A DNA stretch of 64,000 nt from Gemmatales bacterium (lineage in GTDB: Bacteria > Planctomycetota > Planctomycetia > Gemmatales > HRBIN36). The position numbers were made by a program, and so were the translations under genes. The notes beneath the pieces were generated by a model. That model made no database searches, was not told where the DNA came from, and saw only the letters and a list, made by a program, of their open reading frames with translations. This document shows, piece after piece, positions 29,038 through 38,876 of the stretch. Positions within the stretch are counted from its first letter, which is position 1. Every line of letters begins with the position of its first letter. The stretch lies in the NCBI GenBank assembly GCA_025055835.1, contig JANWWR010000132.1:52834-116833 (forward strand), in the 5' to 3' direction.

Positions 29038-30471
29038 TCAGCGGGACCGAGGCGCACTTCGAGCGGCATGCAGGGCATGACCCCGAACCGCCTCCGCCGC
29101 CTCCTGCAAGGCTTCGCTCAAGGTCGGGTGGGCATGGATGGTTCCTACCAGGTCTTCGACCACCGCTCCCGTTTCGACCGCCAGGGTCGCCTCGCCGAGC
29201 AGTTCGGAAACCAACGGACCTACCATGCGGACGCCGAGAATGGTTTCTGTCCCTTCCTCGGCGATGACGTTGATGAGGCCGTCGGTTTGACCCAGAGTCC
29301 GCGCTCGGCCGTTGGCGGCAAAGCGAAAGCGGCCGACCTTGACGCGGTAGCCGGCCTTCTTGGCTTCCTCCTCGGAAAGCCCGCAGTAGGCGATCTCCGG
29401 GTCGCCGAAGATGACCGCCGGGACGGTGCGGTTGTCGAACTCCGCCGGTTTTCCAGCGATCACTTCAGCAGCCACGATGCCCTGTTGCTTGGCACGATGG
29501 GCCAGATACGGCTGGCCGGTGCAGTCGCCGATGGCGAAGACGTGCGGCAGGTTGGTCTGCAAGCGGCTGTTGACCCGAATATGTCCCGCCGGGTCTGTCT
29601 CGACGCCGATCTTGTCCAAGCCCAGATTCGCTGTGTTCGGCTTTCGTCCGACGGCCAGGAGAACCGTATCGAAGGTCCGCTTCCACGACGGGCCTTCGCG
29701 GGGCTGAACCTCCACTTCCACCCCGTCCGCCGTCTCCGTCGCTGCCACGACGCGGGATTCCAGATGAACCTCCACACCCCGCTGATCAAGTCGCTGGCGC
29801 AGCACCCGAACCAGATCGGCATCCGTCCCGGACAGCAATCGGTCCAGCAGTTCGACGATCACGACCTGACTACCGAACGCCGCATAGCAGCTGCCCAGTT
29901 CGACGCCGATGTAGCCACCGCCGACGACCAGCATCGTTCGGGGCACCCGATCCAGGAACAAGGCTTCGTCGGAAGTGACGACGCGGTCGGATTTGGGAAA
30001 CAGGGCCGGAAGCGATGTGCTGCTGCCTACCGCGATGACGATTTTCTCGAACGCCAGAACCCGGCTTCCCTCCGGACCGGAGATTTCCAGTTCGCGCGGA
30101 CTGCGAAAAACTCCACGGCCGACAACGCGGCGGATGCCCCGCTGTTTGCACAAGAGATCAAGCCCGCCCGCCAGGTCGGCGATGATCTTGTCGCGCCAGG
30201 CTCCGACCCGGGGCATGTCCAGGGAGACGCCTTGGACAACGATGCCCATCTGATCGGCATGACGAATCCGCTCGTAGAACTCGGCAGCGGTGATGAGGGC
30301 CTTCGACGGAATGCAGCCTCGCAGCAGACAGACGCCCCCCAGGCGCTTCTCCTGTTCGACCAGTACAGGCTTCAGTCCCAGATCGGCGGCGTGAAACGCT
30401 GCCGCATATCCGCCTGGTCCCCCACCCAGGACGACCAGTTCCGCCTTTTCCGTTGACGGTGTTTCAGCCAT
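29038..30471 (-). CDS. lpdA: dihydrolipoyl dehydrogenase
   Basis: FAD motif VVLGGGPGGYAAA, redox-active disulfide GGVCLLRGCIPSK, NAD motif VVGGGYIGVE, and C-terminal interface motif HAHPTLSE. Confidence 0.9.
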   Translation of the reverse strand: MAETPSTEKAELVVLGGGPGGYAAAFHAADLGLKPVLVEQEKRLGGVCLLRGCIPSKALITAAEFYERIRHADQMGIVVQGVSLDMPRVGAWRDKIIADLAGGLDLLCKQRGIRRVVGRGVFRSPRELEISGPEGSRVLAFEKIVIAVGSSTSLPALFPKSDRVVTSDEALFLDRVPRTMLVVGGGYIGVELGSCYAAFGSQVVIVELLDRLLSGTDADLVRVLRQRLDQRGVEVHLESRVVAATETADGVEVEVQPREGPSWKRTFDTVLLAVGRKPNTANLGLDKIGVETDPAGHIRVNSRLQTNLPHVFAIGDCTGQPYLAHRAKQQGIVAAEVIAGKPAEFDNRTVPAVIFGDPEIAYCGLSEEEAKKAGYRVKVGRFRFAANGRARTLGQTDGLINVIAEEGTETILGVRMVGPLVSELLGEATLAVETGAVVEDLVGTIHAHPTLSEALQEAAEAVRGHALHAARSAPRSR

Positions 30472-30616
30472 GTTTTGTCCCCATCGTGTCCGATGTCCGA
30501 GGGTCGCCGCCCAGCTTCCAGGGAACCTTTATAGGCACAGGATGTATGGAAAGGCCGGATCATCGGCGGTACATTGGCTTCACCGGAAGCGTCGAAACGA
30601 AGTGAGGAGATGCACG

Positions 30617-32551
30617 ATGCCCGGAGGATTTGCCGGAAAGATTCTGCGCGTGGACCTGACCGCAGCGACGACGCGGGTCGAGCCGTTAGAAGAGGCGACT
30701 CTGCGTCGCTATCTGGGCGGTGGTTTGCTGGGGGCCTATTTTCTGCTCCGCGAAACGCCGGCTGGTCAGGACCCTTTCGACCCCGCGGCTCCGCTGATGT
30801 TCATGACCAGCGCCATGAACGGCTCGGCCCTGTCCGGCACGAACCGCTACGCCGCCGTGGCCAAGAGTCCGCTCACCGGCGGCTTCGGCGAATCGGAAGC
30901 GGGAGGCTACTGGGGACCCGCCCTCAAACAAGCGGGCTTCGATGGCATCATCATCACTGGCAAAGCCAAACGACCGACCTATTTGGTCATTTGGGACGGC
31001 CAATGCGAGTTCCGGGACGCCAGCCGCTATTGGGGTCAGTTGTCCGGCGAGGTGGACGACGGCATCCACGACGAGCTTCAGGATCGCCGCGTGGTCGTGC
31101 TTCAGACCGGCGTTGCCGGCGAGAACCGCGTCCGCTACGCCGCTCTGGTCAACAATTGCCGTCATTTTCACGGCCGCTGCGGCCTCGGCGCGGTGATGGG
31201 TTCCAAGAACCTGAAGGCCATCGCCGTCGGCGGCAAGCACAAGGTCGCCCCAGACGACGCCGAGGTTACCCGCGACGTCCTCCGCTGGTTCAAGGAGAAC
31301 TACGACCGGACGCAGGATGCACTTCACCTGCACGGTACGGCTCGAAGTGTCAAGACGCTTCAGGGCCTCGGCATTTTGCCCACCCGGCATTTCAAGGACG
31401 GGGCTTTTGAGCATTTCCAAGACGTGACTGGCGAGCGGATGTCGGCGACCATCCTGACCCGTCGCGGCACCTGCTACGCTTGTGCCGTCGCCTGCAAGCG
31501 GGAAGTCACGGTACCCGAATTGGGCGTGACACCGAAGTACGGCGGGCCGGAGTATGAAACCATCGCTGCCATCGGCACGATGAACGGCATCCACGACCTC
31601 AAGCGCATCGCCCTGGCGAATCAGTTGTGCAGCCAGTATGTGCTCGACACGATCTCCACGGGTGTGACGATTTCCTTCGCCATCGAGTGCTTCAGCAAGG
31701 GCATTCTGACCCGCGAGGACGTGGGCTTCGATTTGAACTACGCCGATCCCGAGGTGCCGATCCGCCTGATCCCCCTGATCGCTCGGCGGGAAGGCATCGG
31801 CGATCTGCTGGCGGAAGGAGTGATGCGGGCGGCCCGAAAACTTGGTCGAGGGGCCGAGAAACTGGCCTTGCACGTCCGTGGCCAGGAAGTGCCAATGCAT
31901 GAGCCGCGGGGCAAAAAGAGCCTGGCTTTGGCCTACTCCACCAGTCCGACCGGGGCCGACCACATGGAAGCCCCGCACGATCCGATCTACGAGGGTTTCT
32001 TCCCCGGAAAGCATCCCCTGGCTCCGCTCGGACTGATCGAGCCGGTGGACATGCTCGACACGGGGCCGAAGAAGGTCCGGGCCTTCACCTACTGCCAGAA
32101 GCTGTGGAGCCTTTACAACATCCTGGGCATGTGCTGTTTCGTCGGCGTCCCTATCGGCAAGCTGGAAATGGGGCCGTTGGTGGAGTTCTTCAACGGCATG
32201 ACCGGCTGGAACGTCAGCCTGTGGGAACTGCTCAAAGCGGCGGAGCGGGAAAGCGCATTGTGTCGGCTCTACAATCACCGCGAAGGACTGGCGACCGAGG
32301 CCGACACCTTGCCCGACCGCTTCTTCGAGCCGTTGGAGGCCGGCGCTCTCCAGGGCGAGAAGCTGGATCGGGACGACTTCCGCCGTATGCTTCGCACCTA
32401 TTATCGCATGATGGGCTGGGATGCGGAAACGGGCTTGCCGACGCCGGAAACCTGTGCTGAACTGGAGATCGAGTGGGCGTTGGAGTCGGTTCAAAACGGC
32501 AATGGGACCGTCGGCCCGGCGGCGTCGGCCCCGCTGGTGGCAATCAAGTGA
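30617..32551 (+). CDS. aor: aldehyde:ferredoxin oxidoreductase (tungsten/pterin AOR family)
   Basis: N-terminal GFAGKILRVDLT, the SPLTGGFGESEAGGYWG motif, and the [4Fe-4S] Cys cluster GTCYACAVACKRE. ATG 30617 follows GAGGAG. The track ORF start at 30470 is an upstream extension. Confidence 0.9.
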   Translation: MPGGFAGKILRVDLTAATTRVEPLEEATLRRYLGGGLLGAYFLLRETPAGQDPFDPAAPLMFMTSAMNGSALSGTNRYAAVAKSPLTGGFGESEAGGYWGPALKQAGFDGIIITGKAKRPTYLVIWDGQCEFRDASRYWGQLSGEVDDGIHDELQDRRVVVLQTGVAGENRVRYAALVNNCRHFHGRCGLGAVMGSKNLKAIAVGGKHKVAPDDAEVTRDVLRWFKENYDRTQDALHLHGTARSVKTLQGLGILPTRHFKDGAFEHFQDVTGERMSATILTRRGTCYACAVACKREVTVPELGVTPKYGGPEYETIAAIGTMNGIHDLKRIALANQLCSQYVLDTISTGVTISFAIECFSKGILTREDVGFDLNYADPEVPIRLIPLIARREGIGDLLAEGVMRAARKLGRGAEKLALHVRGQEVPMHEPRGKKSLALAYSTSPTGADHMEAPHDPIYEGFFPGKHPLAPLGLIEPVDMLDTGPKKVRAFTYCQKLWSLYNILGMCCFVGVPIGKLEMGPLVEFFNGMTGWNVSLWELLKAAERESALCRLYNHREGLATEADTLPDRFFEPLEAGALQGEKLDRDDFRRMLRTYYRMMGWDAETGLPTPETCAELEIEWALESVQNGNGTVGPAASAPLVAIK

Positions 32552-32557
32552 GCAGCC

Positions 32558-33460
32558 ATGATTCGCATCAAATGTCCCAATCCAAAATGTCGCAAAGACC
32601 TGGGGATTGACGAGTCCAAGGCGGGCAGTACAGCCTCCTGTCCTAACTGCGGACAGAAGTTCCGCCTTCCCGCCCCGGAAAAAGTGGCTGCGAAGGCCAA
32701 TAAACAGTCAGCCAATAAGCCAAATACGCCGGCGAAATCGCCCGCTGACTCTGGCAAGAAGCCCTGGCAGATGGAGGACGATTTCAATCCGTACAAGGTC
32801 AAGATCGAAGAGGACAAGCCGCCGCCGGAAGACGACCGCGTGGACCAGATGGTCCGCGACGATTTTCGTCAGCGCAAGCGGGAGAAGGCCTGGAAGGAGG
32901 TCGGCTTTCCGGCCAAGTTGATCAAGATTCTCGGGTTGATTGGCCTGATTGTGGAAATCATCGTCTTCGTCCTCGTGACCATGGACGTGGTGCTTTACAA
33001 CTTCAAGATGGAACAGATCAGCGGGAACACCCCGACCGGCGAAAAGCCGGACCTGCCGACGTTGTTCATCGCGGAATCCATGGTGCCGTTCTTCGGGCCT
33101 TCAGCCCCCGGTGAGGCTCCCACCGGCTGGATTTGGTTGACTGCCTTTGGTCTGTTCGTCGTCCGCCTGGTTTACATCGTCGTTGTGCTGGCCGGTGCCG
33201 AGAGCATGAAGAAGCTGGAGAATTACTACCTCTCCATGACCGCATGCATTCTCGCAATCCCGTGGTTTTTCATCGGCCTGATCGGCCTTATGAGTCTCCT
33301 CAAGGAAGATGTCAAACTGGAGTTCCCGGAGTTTCGCAAGCAGCGCGAGGAGAAGGAAGAGGAAGAATGGGCCGAGATCGAACGCCGCAAACGCCGCGAG
33401 CGGGAGGGACTGCCTCCCGACGAGGATGATGAGGAGTATGAAGACGACGAGGAGGAGTAA
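32558..33460 (+). CDS. membrane protein with N-terminal zinc ribbon and acidic C-terminal tail
   Basis: MIRIKCPNPKCRKDLGIDESKAGSTASCPNCGQKFRLP is an MJ0042-style CxxC..CxxC ribbon. About 3-4 TM segments follow. The tail is EEKEEEEW...DEDDEEYEDDEEE. The gene starts 6 nt after the aor stop. Confidence 0.65.
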   Translation: MIRIKCPNPKCRKDLGIDESKAGSTASCPNCGQKFRLPAPEKVAAKANKQSANKPNTPAKSPADSGKKPWQMEDDFNPYKVKIEEDKPPPEDDRVDQMVRDDFRQRKREKAWKEVGFPAKLIKILGLIGLIVEIIVFVLVTMDVVLYNFKMEQISGNTPTGEKPDLPTLFIAESMVPFFGPSAPGEAPTGWIWLTAFGLFVVRLVYIVVVLAGAESMKKLENYYLSMTACILAIPWFFIGLIGLMSLLKEDVKLEFPEFRKQREEKEEEEWAEIERRKRREREGLPPDEDDEEYEDDEEE

Positions 33461-33493
33461 CCGCCGCCCGGGAGGGGGTTTCGTCGTCGGGAG

Positions 33494-34897
33494 ATGGCGA
33501 TGTTTCGCTCACGCATCCTCTGGCGCTTGCTAGTCAGTCATGTCCTGGTCGCGCTCGCTGTCCTTACGGCATGTGGCGTGATTCTCTTCGGAGCCGGATC
33601 GGAGTCGCTTGGTTACGTTTTCCTCGTGGCGGGGTTGGCGGGTCTGGGTGCCGCTGCTCTGGCTGCTCTATGGTCCGCGTGTCGGCTGTGCGGTCCCATG
33701 GCTCGGCTGACGGAGGCCATCCGCGCCCTGGGGCAGTCGCCGACCAATCACCCCCTGCCGGTCCAGTCTCAGGATGAATTGGGGGTTCTGACGGCGGCTT
33801 TCAACGACATGGGCCAGTCCATCGCTGAGGCGATCGCTCGCATGCATCAGGAACTCGAACAGTTGCGGGCGGTCTTCCGCAGCATGGCCGAGGGTGTCGT
33901 CGTCATCGACGGCGAACAACGCATCCTTTTCCTCAACGAAGCCGGCAGCCGGATGCTCAATATCGACCTGGAAGGCTCCAGTGGCAAGCGGCTCTGGGAA
34001 GTGGTCCGCCATCGGCAGCTGCTGGAGGCCGTAGAGCAGGTTTTTCAGGAGGGCATCCACCGCTGTGAATTGGATTGGACGGGTGCCGAACCGAAGGTCT
34101 TTTCTCTGCACGGCACACGCTTACCCGGCGAACCGCTTCAGGGGGCTGTGCTTGTGCTCCACGACATCACCCACGTCCGGCGTCTGGAACGGGTTCGGCA
34201 GGACTTCGTCGCCAATGTTTCCCACGAATTGAAGACGCCGTTAGCAGCAATCAAGGCGACCGTGGAAACGCTCTTGGACGGGGCGATCGATGATCCCCAG
34301 CACAATGTCCGGTTCCTCGAACGGGTCCACGAAAACGCGAACCGGCTGCATTTCCTCGTTCAGGATCTGCTGACGCTCAGCCGTATCGAGTCCGGCGAGG
34401 AACGCCTTGAGGCCGTCCCCTTGGCGGTGGCCGGGGTGATCGAATCGTGCGTGTCCCGGCAAATCGACCGCGCCAAGGCCAAGCAACTGACGCTCCGACA
34501 GGAGCCGCCCCAGGAACCGATTCTCGCCAACGCCGACGAAGAAGCCCTGGCCCAGATTCTCGACAACCTCGTGGACAATGCCATCAAGTACACGCCGTCC
34601 GGCGGGACGATCACGCTCCGCTGGTATGCTCAGGATGGCTGGGCGGTCATCGAGGTAGCCGATACTGGCGTCGGCATCCCGGAAAAAGACCTGGGCCGCA
34701 TCTTCGAACGCTTCTACCGCGTGGACAAGGCCCGCAGCCGGGAACTCGGCGGCACCGGCTTGGGACTCAGCATCGTCAAGCACCTCGTCCAGGCCCTCGG
34801 CGGCTCGGTTCATGCGGCCAGCCAACTCGGTGTCGGAAGCACGTTCACAGTACGCCTGCCTCTGGCGGAAGCGAGCAGCCTTGTGGTGGCCATCTGA
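33494..34897 (+). CDS. PhoR-like sensor histidine kinase (TM-HAMP-PAS-HisKA-HATPase)
   Basis: Two N-terminal TM segments and HAMP-like LTEAIRALG. The H-box is FVANVSHELKTPLAAI, the N box LDNLVDNAIKYT, and the G boxes DTGVGIP and GGTGLGLSIVKH. Confidence 0.85.
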   Translation: MAMFRSRILWRLLVSHVLVALAVLTACGVILFGAGSESLGYVFLVAGLAGLGAAALAALWSACRLCGPMARLTEAIRALGQSPTNHPLPVQSQDELGVLTAAFNDMGQSIAEAIARMHQELEQLRAVFRSMAEGVVVIDGEQRILFLNEAGSRMLNIDLEGSSGKRLWEVVRHRQLLEAVEQVFQEGIHRCELDWTGAEPKVFSLHGTRLPGEPLQGAVLVLHDITHVRRLERVRQDFVANVSHELKTPLAAIKATVETLLDGAIDDPQHNVRFLERVHENANRLHFLVQDLLTLSRIESGEERLEAVPLAVAGVIESCVSRQIDRAKAKQLTLRQEPPQEPILANADEEALAQILDNLVDNAIKYTPSGGTITLRWYAQDGWAVIEVADTGVGIPEKDLGRIFERFYRVDKARSRELGGTGLGLSIVKHLVQALGGSVHAASQLGVGSTFTVRLPLAEASSLVVAI

Positions 34898-34941
34898 AGG
34901 CAGGTCGCGCCTCGGACACCTGGGGCGGGATAATGCTCTTG

Positions 34942-35067
34942 CCCTCGCTGACGCTTCGGGTTCTCAGGAGCTGGCTATAGGTCGGTAGCTCCCTCACTGA
35001 CGCTTCGGGGTTCCTTGTCCCTCGCTCACGCTTCGGGCTCTCGTGTCCCTCGCTGACGCTTCGGGTT
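34942..35067. repeat. 4 copies of a ~21-bp motif CCCTCGCTGACGCTTCGGGTT (last three in 28-bp tandem register)
   Basis: Copies at 34942-34962, 34991-35012, 35019-35039 and 35047-35067, each with 1-2 mismatches. They fill the gap between the convergent histidine kinase (+) and VIT-vWA (-) genes. Confidence 0.85.
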
Positions 35068-35074
35068 TCCGGTG

Positions 35075-37477
35075 TCATTTCTTTGCGAACAGCTTGGAGA
35101 TCTCTTCGTCGCTGAGCTGCTCCTTGCCGTCGTTCAGGTCGATGATCAGGGCGGTTCCGCTCGGCGTCACATAGATGAGGTAATTGCCGAGCTGAAAGAC
35201 TTCCTTGAGTTCGGGTCGCTTGTCCAACAGGCGGAAGTAGCCGTCGCTGAGGGCCTTGACGACCAGTTGCGGCATCTTCGGGTCGAAGCCCTCGTCAATC
35301 CAGACGCCGCCGACCTCGACCATTTGACGCTGAGCGGCCTGTCGAGCGGCGGCCCGTCGGCTCTGGGCCTCGCCTTTGAGTTGGCTGATCTGGAGCGACA
35401 GGTCCACGCCGAGCCGATTTTCCTGAGCGCGACGCAGGTCCCGACCGGAAAAGGCAGCACGGGCTTCGTCGAGAGCGGCTTTCTGACGAAGAGCATCCGC
35501 CTGGGCCTGGGCACCGGCGGCCCCGGGAGCTTGAGCTGCCCCGGCCAGCTTCTGCTGCTCGAAGGCCTCGCGCGCCCCGGACAGGTTGCTGCGATCCTTC
35601 AGTTCCTTGGCCAGATCAGCGACCTTCCGGAAGCCCTCGGCGGCCCCTATCGGCGACTTCGGACCACCTTGCAGGGCAACAGGCACATCGGGGCCGGGGA
35701 AGGGCGGGACACCGGGCGGCCTGGGTCGCGGCATCGGGATCGGCACCGGCTCATCGGGCACGACCAGATAGCTCGTGTACGGCGTAGCGATGCCGTACTT
35801 CTTGGCCAAGGCCGTCACCTCGTCCACCAGTTCCTTTTTCTCGCCGTTCAGCCGAATCTGCTCCAGCAGATAGCCGACCTTCCGCCGCGCCCACAAATCC
35901 TCGACGAACCGCTTGTCGTCAGTCTTGCTTGGGAAATCCAGCGTGTACACATACTCCCGCTTCTGCGTGCCGATGGAGCCGCTGAGCGTAAGCTGGGTCG
36001 TGCCGGAACCGTGATAACGGGCCAGGACCACCAGCTGTCCGCCGTGGAACAGGTCGGGCAGCGTGGGCGGATACATCTCGGACAGCGTCACCGCTCCGCT
36101 GACCGTCAGGCGCAGGTCGGCCAGAACCGGCTTGCTGATCTTGGCGAAAAATGACGAAACTTTGGCTTCCATGTCTTCGCCGGGTCGGACGTAGGTTCCG
36201 GCGGCGCGGGTGTTCTCGGCCAACTGATCAAGGAAGGCGGCGTTGAGGTCGTGGCCGACGCCAAAGGTGAAGATGCGAACCTGGCCGACGTTGTGACGGG
36301 CGACGTTGGCGAGAATCCTGTCCGGGTTCGTCTCGCCGACGGTCGGCTTGCCGTCGGTGAGGAACACGATGGTAAAGGCCCGCCCGCTGTCGCCGGGCCG
36401 CAGAGCCAGGGCCTGCTGGAGTGCGTCGTCGATGGCCGTTCCGCCACTGGGTTCCAGCCGGTCGATCCATTTCTTGGCCGCGTCAATCTGTTCCGGCGTC
36501 ACGGCGGTCAAGCCGTCTCGCCAGCGGTTGACCGTCGTGGCGAAGTTGAGGACCGCGAAGCGGTCGATGTCCCGCAAACCGTCCAGACAATGTTTCAGGG
36601 CCTTTTTCGCCTGATCCATCTTGCCGTCTTCGCGCATGCTGCCGGAGGTGTCGAGGACGAAGACGAGGTCGCGGGGCACCTGCTGGGACTCGGCCAGTTC
36701 CGGTCGGGGTGACAACAGGAGCAGAACGTAGCCGTCCTCGGTTGTGGTCGGCTTGTGGGGCAGAATGGTCACGCCGACGTCCTGGCCGCCCGTGGTCCAA
36801 AAGAGTTGAAAATCCCGGTCCAGGGCGGCTCGCCCCTTCTCGAAGCCGACGACGGCGGCATGGTCGCTTGTCCGGTTGATGGAGATCGGATGCGACGGGC
36901 TGTAAATGTTGGCGATGGGCTGCTGGGACTTGAGCGTCAGTTGGAGCACGAAGTCTTCCAGCGTCGTCGTGCTGCGGGCATCCATCCGAAGGGGATAAAT
37001 GTACTCGGCGGTATCGTGATCTTTCTTGGCGATGGATGTGTAGCTCAGTTCGATCTTCTGTTCGCCGTTGGGCGGCACGGGGAAGACGCGAAGCTGAAGC
37101 ACGTCCTGGCCGATGTACTCCAGCAAGCCGGGATCATAGGTCCGCCGCACGATGTCCGTGTAGATCTGGCGGGCCTTGGCGGCTTCCACGAGTTCGCCAG
37201 GCACCCGCTTGCCGTCCACCCACATGGCGAACTCGCGGACACTGGCACCTCGCGGCACGGGAAAGACGTAAGTCGCTTCCAGCGGCCGCGGGGCTGGATT
37301 GCGGAAAGTCTGCTCGACCTTGGTGACGGCGACCTGATCTTCAATGGCGACTTCGACGCGATGCTTGAGCAGCGTCAGGGGCGGCATCGTCCTGTCGGTC
37401 GGGATCAGGACGCCTCGCGCCTCCACGACGCTGAAGCCGACGAGCAACACCGCCAACGCCGAAATGAGCCGCGTCAT
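35075..37477 (-). CDS. secreted VIT + von Willebrand factor A domain protein
   Basis: Signal peptide MTRLISALAVLLVGFSVVEA. VIT-like N-terminus (HRVEVAIEDQVAVTKVEQTFRNP). The vWA MIDAS motif is VFVLDTSGSM with downstream ..GGT..LTDG. The C-terminus is Pro-rich and coiled-coil. Confidence 0.85.
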   Translation of the reverse strand: MTRLISALAVLLVGFSVVEARGVLIPTDRTMPPLTLLKHRVEVAIEDQVAVTKVEQTFRNPAPRPLEATYVFPVPRGASVREFAMWVDGKRVPGELVEAAKARQIYTDIVRRTYDPGLLEYIGQDVLQLRVFPVPPNGEQKIELSYTSIAKKDHDTAEYIYPLRMDARSTTTLEDFVLQLTLKSQQPIANIYSPSHPISINRTSDHAAVVGFEKGRAALDRDFQLFWTTGGQDVGVTILPHKPTTTEDGYVLLLLSPRPELAESQQVPRDLVFVLDTSGSMREDGKMDQAKKALKHCLDGLRDIDRFAVLNFATTVNRWRDGLTAVTPEQIDAAKKWIDRLEPSGGTAIDDALQQALALRPGDSGRAFTIVFLTDGKPTVGETNPDRILANVARHNVGQVRIFTFGVGHDLNAAFLDQLAENTRAAGTYVRPGEDMEAKVSSFFAKISKPVLADLRLTVSGAVTLSEMYPPTLPDLFHGGQLVVLARYHGSGTTQLTLSGSIGTQKREYVYTLDFPSKTDDKRFVEDLWARRKVGYLLEQIRLNGEKKELVDEVTALAKKYGIATPYTSYLVVPDEPVPIPMPRPRPPGVPPFPGPDVPVALQGGPKSPIGAAEGFRKVADLAKELKDRSNLSGAREAFEQQKLAGAAQAPGAAGAQAQADALRQKAALDEARAAFSGRDLRRAQENRLGVDLSLQISQLKGEAQSRRAAARQAAQRQMVEVGGVWIDEGFDPKMPQLVVKALSDGYFRLLDKRPELKEVFQLGNYLIYVTPSGTALIIDLNDGKEQLSDEEISKLFAKK

Positions 37478-37587
37478 GGCAGCCTCCGTTGTGCAAGCCG
37501 CATCGGGCCTCGGCCCGAAACTTGGCCGACGTCTTCACCCAAAGGAATAGACGAGGCTCGGTCTCGGCTGGATTGTTGGTTCACCGA

Positions 37588-38808
37588 TCAGAACGGTTCC
37601 AGCTTGACCTGGACGGTGACGATCTTCCCGCTACGGAGGACTTGCACGGTCAGCACATCGCCGTATTTGTGTTGCCGCAGGATGCGTCGCAGGTCTTCCA
37701 GCGTCCTCACCTTCTGCGAGTTGATGGCGATGATGATGTCGCCAAGTTCGTAGCGGCCGGTTTCTTCGTCGTACTGCAACGGCCGCAGCCCGGCTTTGTC
37801 CGCTGGGCTACCCGGCTGAATGTCGCTGATGATGACCCCTTCGATCCCCGCCCGGCGGGCCGTCTGGTCCGGGACGCCGACGATGCCCAGCCGCGGGGGC
37901 AATTCCCGTCCTGTCGGCTGCTGGGCGATCTCGCCCCGGGACCGGGCGATGATCTGCGGCACGACCTCGTTGACCGTATCCACGGGAATGGCGAAACCGA
38001 TGCCGGCGTAGGCTCCGCTGGGGCTGTAGATCGCTGTGTTGACGCCGATCAGCCGGCCCGCGCTGTCAAGCAGCGGCCCGCCGGAGTTGCCCGGATTGAT
38101 AGCGGCGTCGGTCTGGATCATGCCGCGGATCGGCTCGCCAGAAACGGAGCGGATTTCCCGGTTCAAGGCACTGATGACGCCGGTGGTCAGCGTCTGGTCG
38201 AGACCGAACGGGTTGCCGATGGCGAACACCTTCTGGCCGACTTTCAGATCGCTGGAAGTTCCCAGGGGAATCGGCCGTAAGCGGCTCTTGGGAGCGTCGA
38301 TGCGCAGCACGGCGAGGTCCTTGTCCGGCCGGCCACCGACCAACGCGGCCCGGTAGGTCGTCTGGCCATGCTGGTCGGTAAGCGTCACTTCAGCCCCGTT
38401 CGCTTTCTGGATGACATGGAAATTCGTAACGATGTGCCCATATTCATCCCAGACAAAGCCGGAGCCGGTACCTTGCTCGATTTCCTGAGTGAACAGGGTG
38501 AACGGATTGCTGCGTCGGGTCAGCGTGGTGATATGCACCACGGAAGGCGCAGCCTGCTCGTACAGGGCGATGGTAGCCGACTCGTCCTCGGCCAGCGATC
38601 CCCGCGGCGTAATAGCCCGGGGAACCGCAGCCGCTTCCGGAATCTCCCCGGTTCCTGTAGGGCCAGTCCGTTTCCACAACACCCAAAGCGCGTAGGGACC
38701 AAAGAAAATGGCGAAGAGAATCACTGCCAGAATCAGGCCCACGAGGATCGCTGGCGGTTGGGCGGGCCGCCTGGGTGGGACATTGCCCGGGACCGAGTAA
38801 TAGGCCAT
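37588..38808 (-). CDS. HtrA/DegP-family serine protease with PDZ domain
   Basis: N-terminal TM anchor and an S1C catalytic triad context (HIVTNFHV, DLAVLRI, GNSGGPLLD). The C-terminal PDZ carries PGSPADKAGLRP. Confidence 0.9.
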   Translation of the reverse strand: MAYYSVPGNVPPRRPAQPPAILVGLILAVILFAIFFGPYALWVLWKRTGPTGTGEIPEAAAVPRAITPRGSLAEDESATIALYEQAAPSVVHITTLTRRSNPFTLFTQEIEQGTGSGFVWDEYGHIVTNFHVIQKANGAEVTLTDQHGQTTYRAALVGGRPDKDLAVLRIDAPKSRLRPIPLGTSSDLKVGQKVFAIGNPFGLDQTLTTGVISALNREIRSVSGEPIRGMIQTDAAINPGNSGGPLLDSAGRLIGVNTAIYSPSGAYAGIGFAIPVDTVNEVVPQIIARSRGEIAQQPTGRELPPRLGIVGVPDQTARRAGIEGVIISDIQPGSPADKAGLRPLQYDEETGRYELGDIIIAINSQKVRTLEDLRRILRQHKYGDVLTVQVLRSGKIVTVQVKLEPF

Positions 38809-38876
38809 GAATCACCTCGCAGCTTCCTCGAATGCTCTTGCCTCTTCAGCATGGGCAGCATGCCGAGGCCGAAGGA

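Noticed and set aside
30686-32494. 602-aa minus-strand ORF
   Set aside because: It is antisense to the AOR gene and is a shadow ORF. The same applies to 54187-55779 opposite lepA. It also applies to 13709-15070 and 16389-17600 opposite the M6 paralogs, and to the many overlapping frames inside 18423-23039.
34942-35067. Possible CRISPR array
   Set aside because: The repeats are only ~21 bp with ~7-bp spacers (one gap of 28 bp). There are four copies, no cas genes and no leader. This is not consistent with CRISPR.
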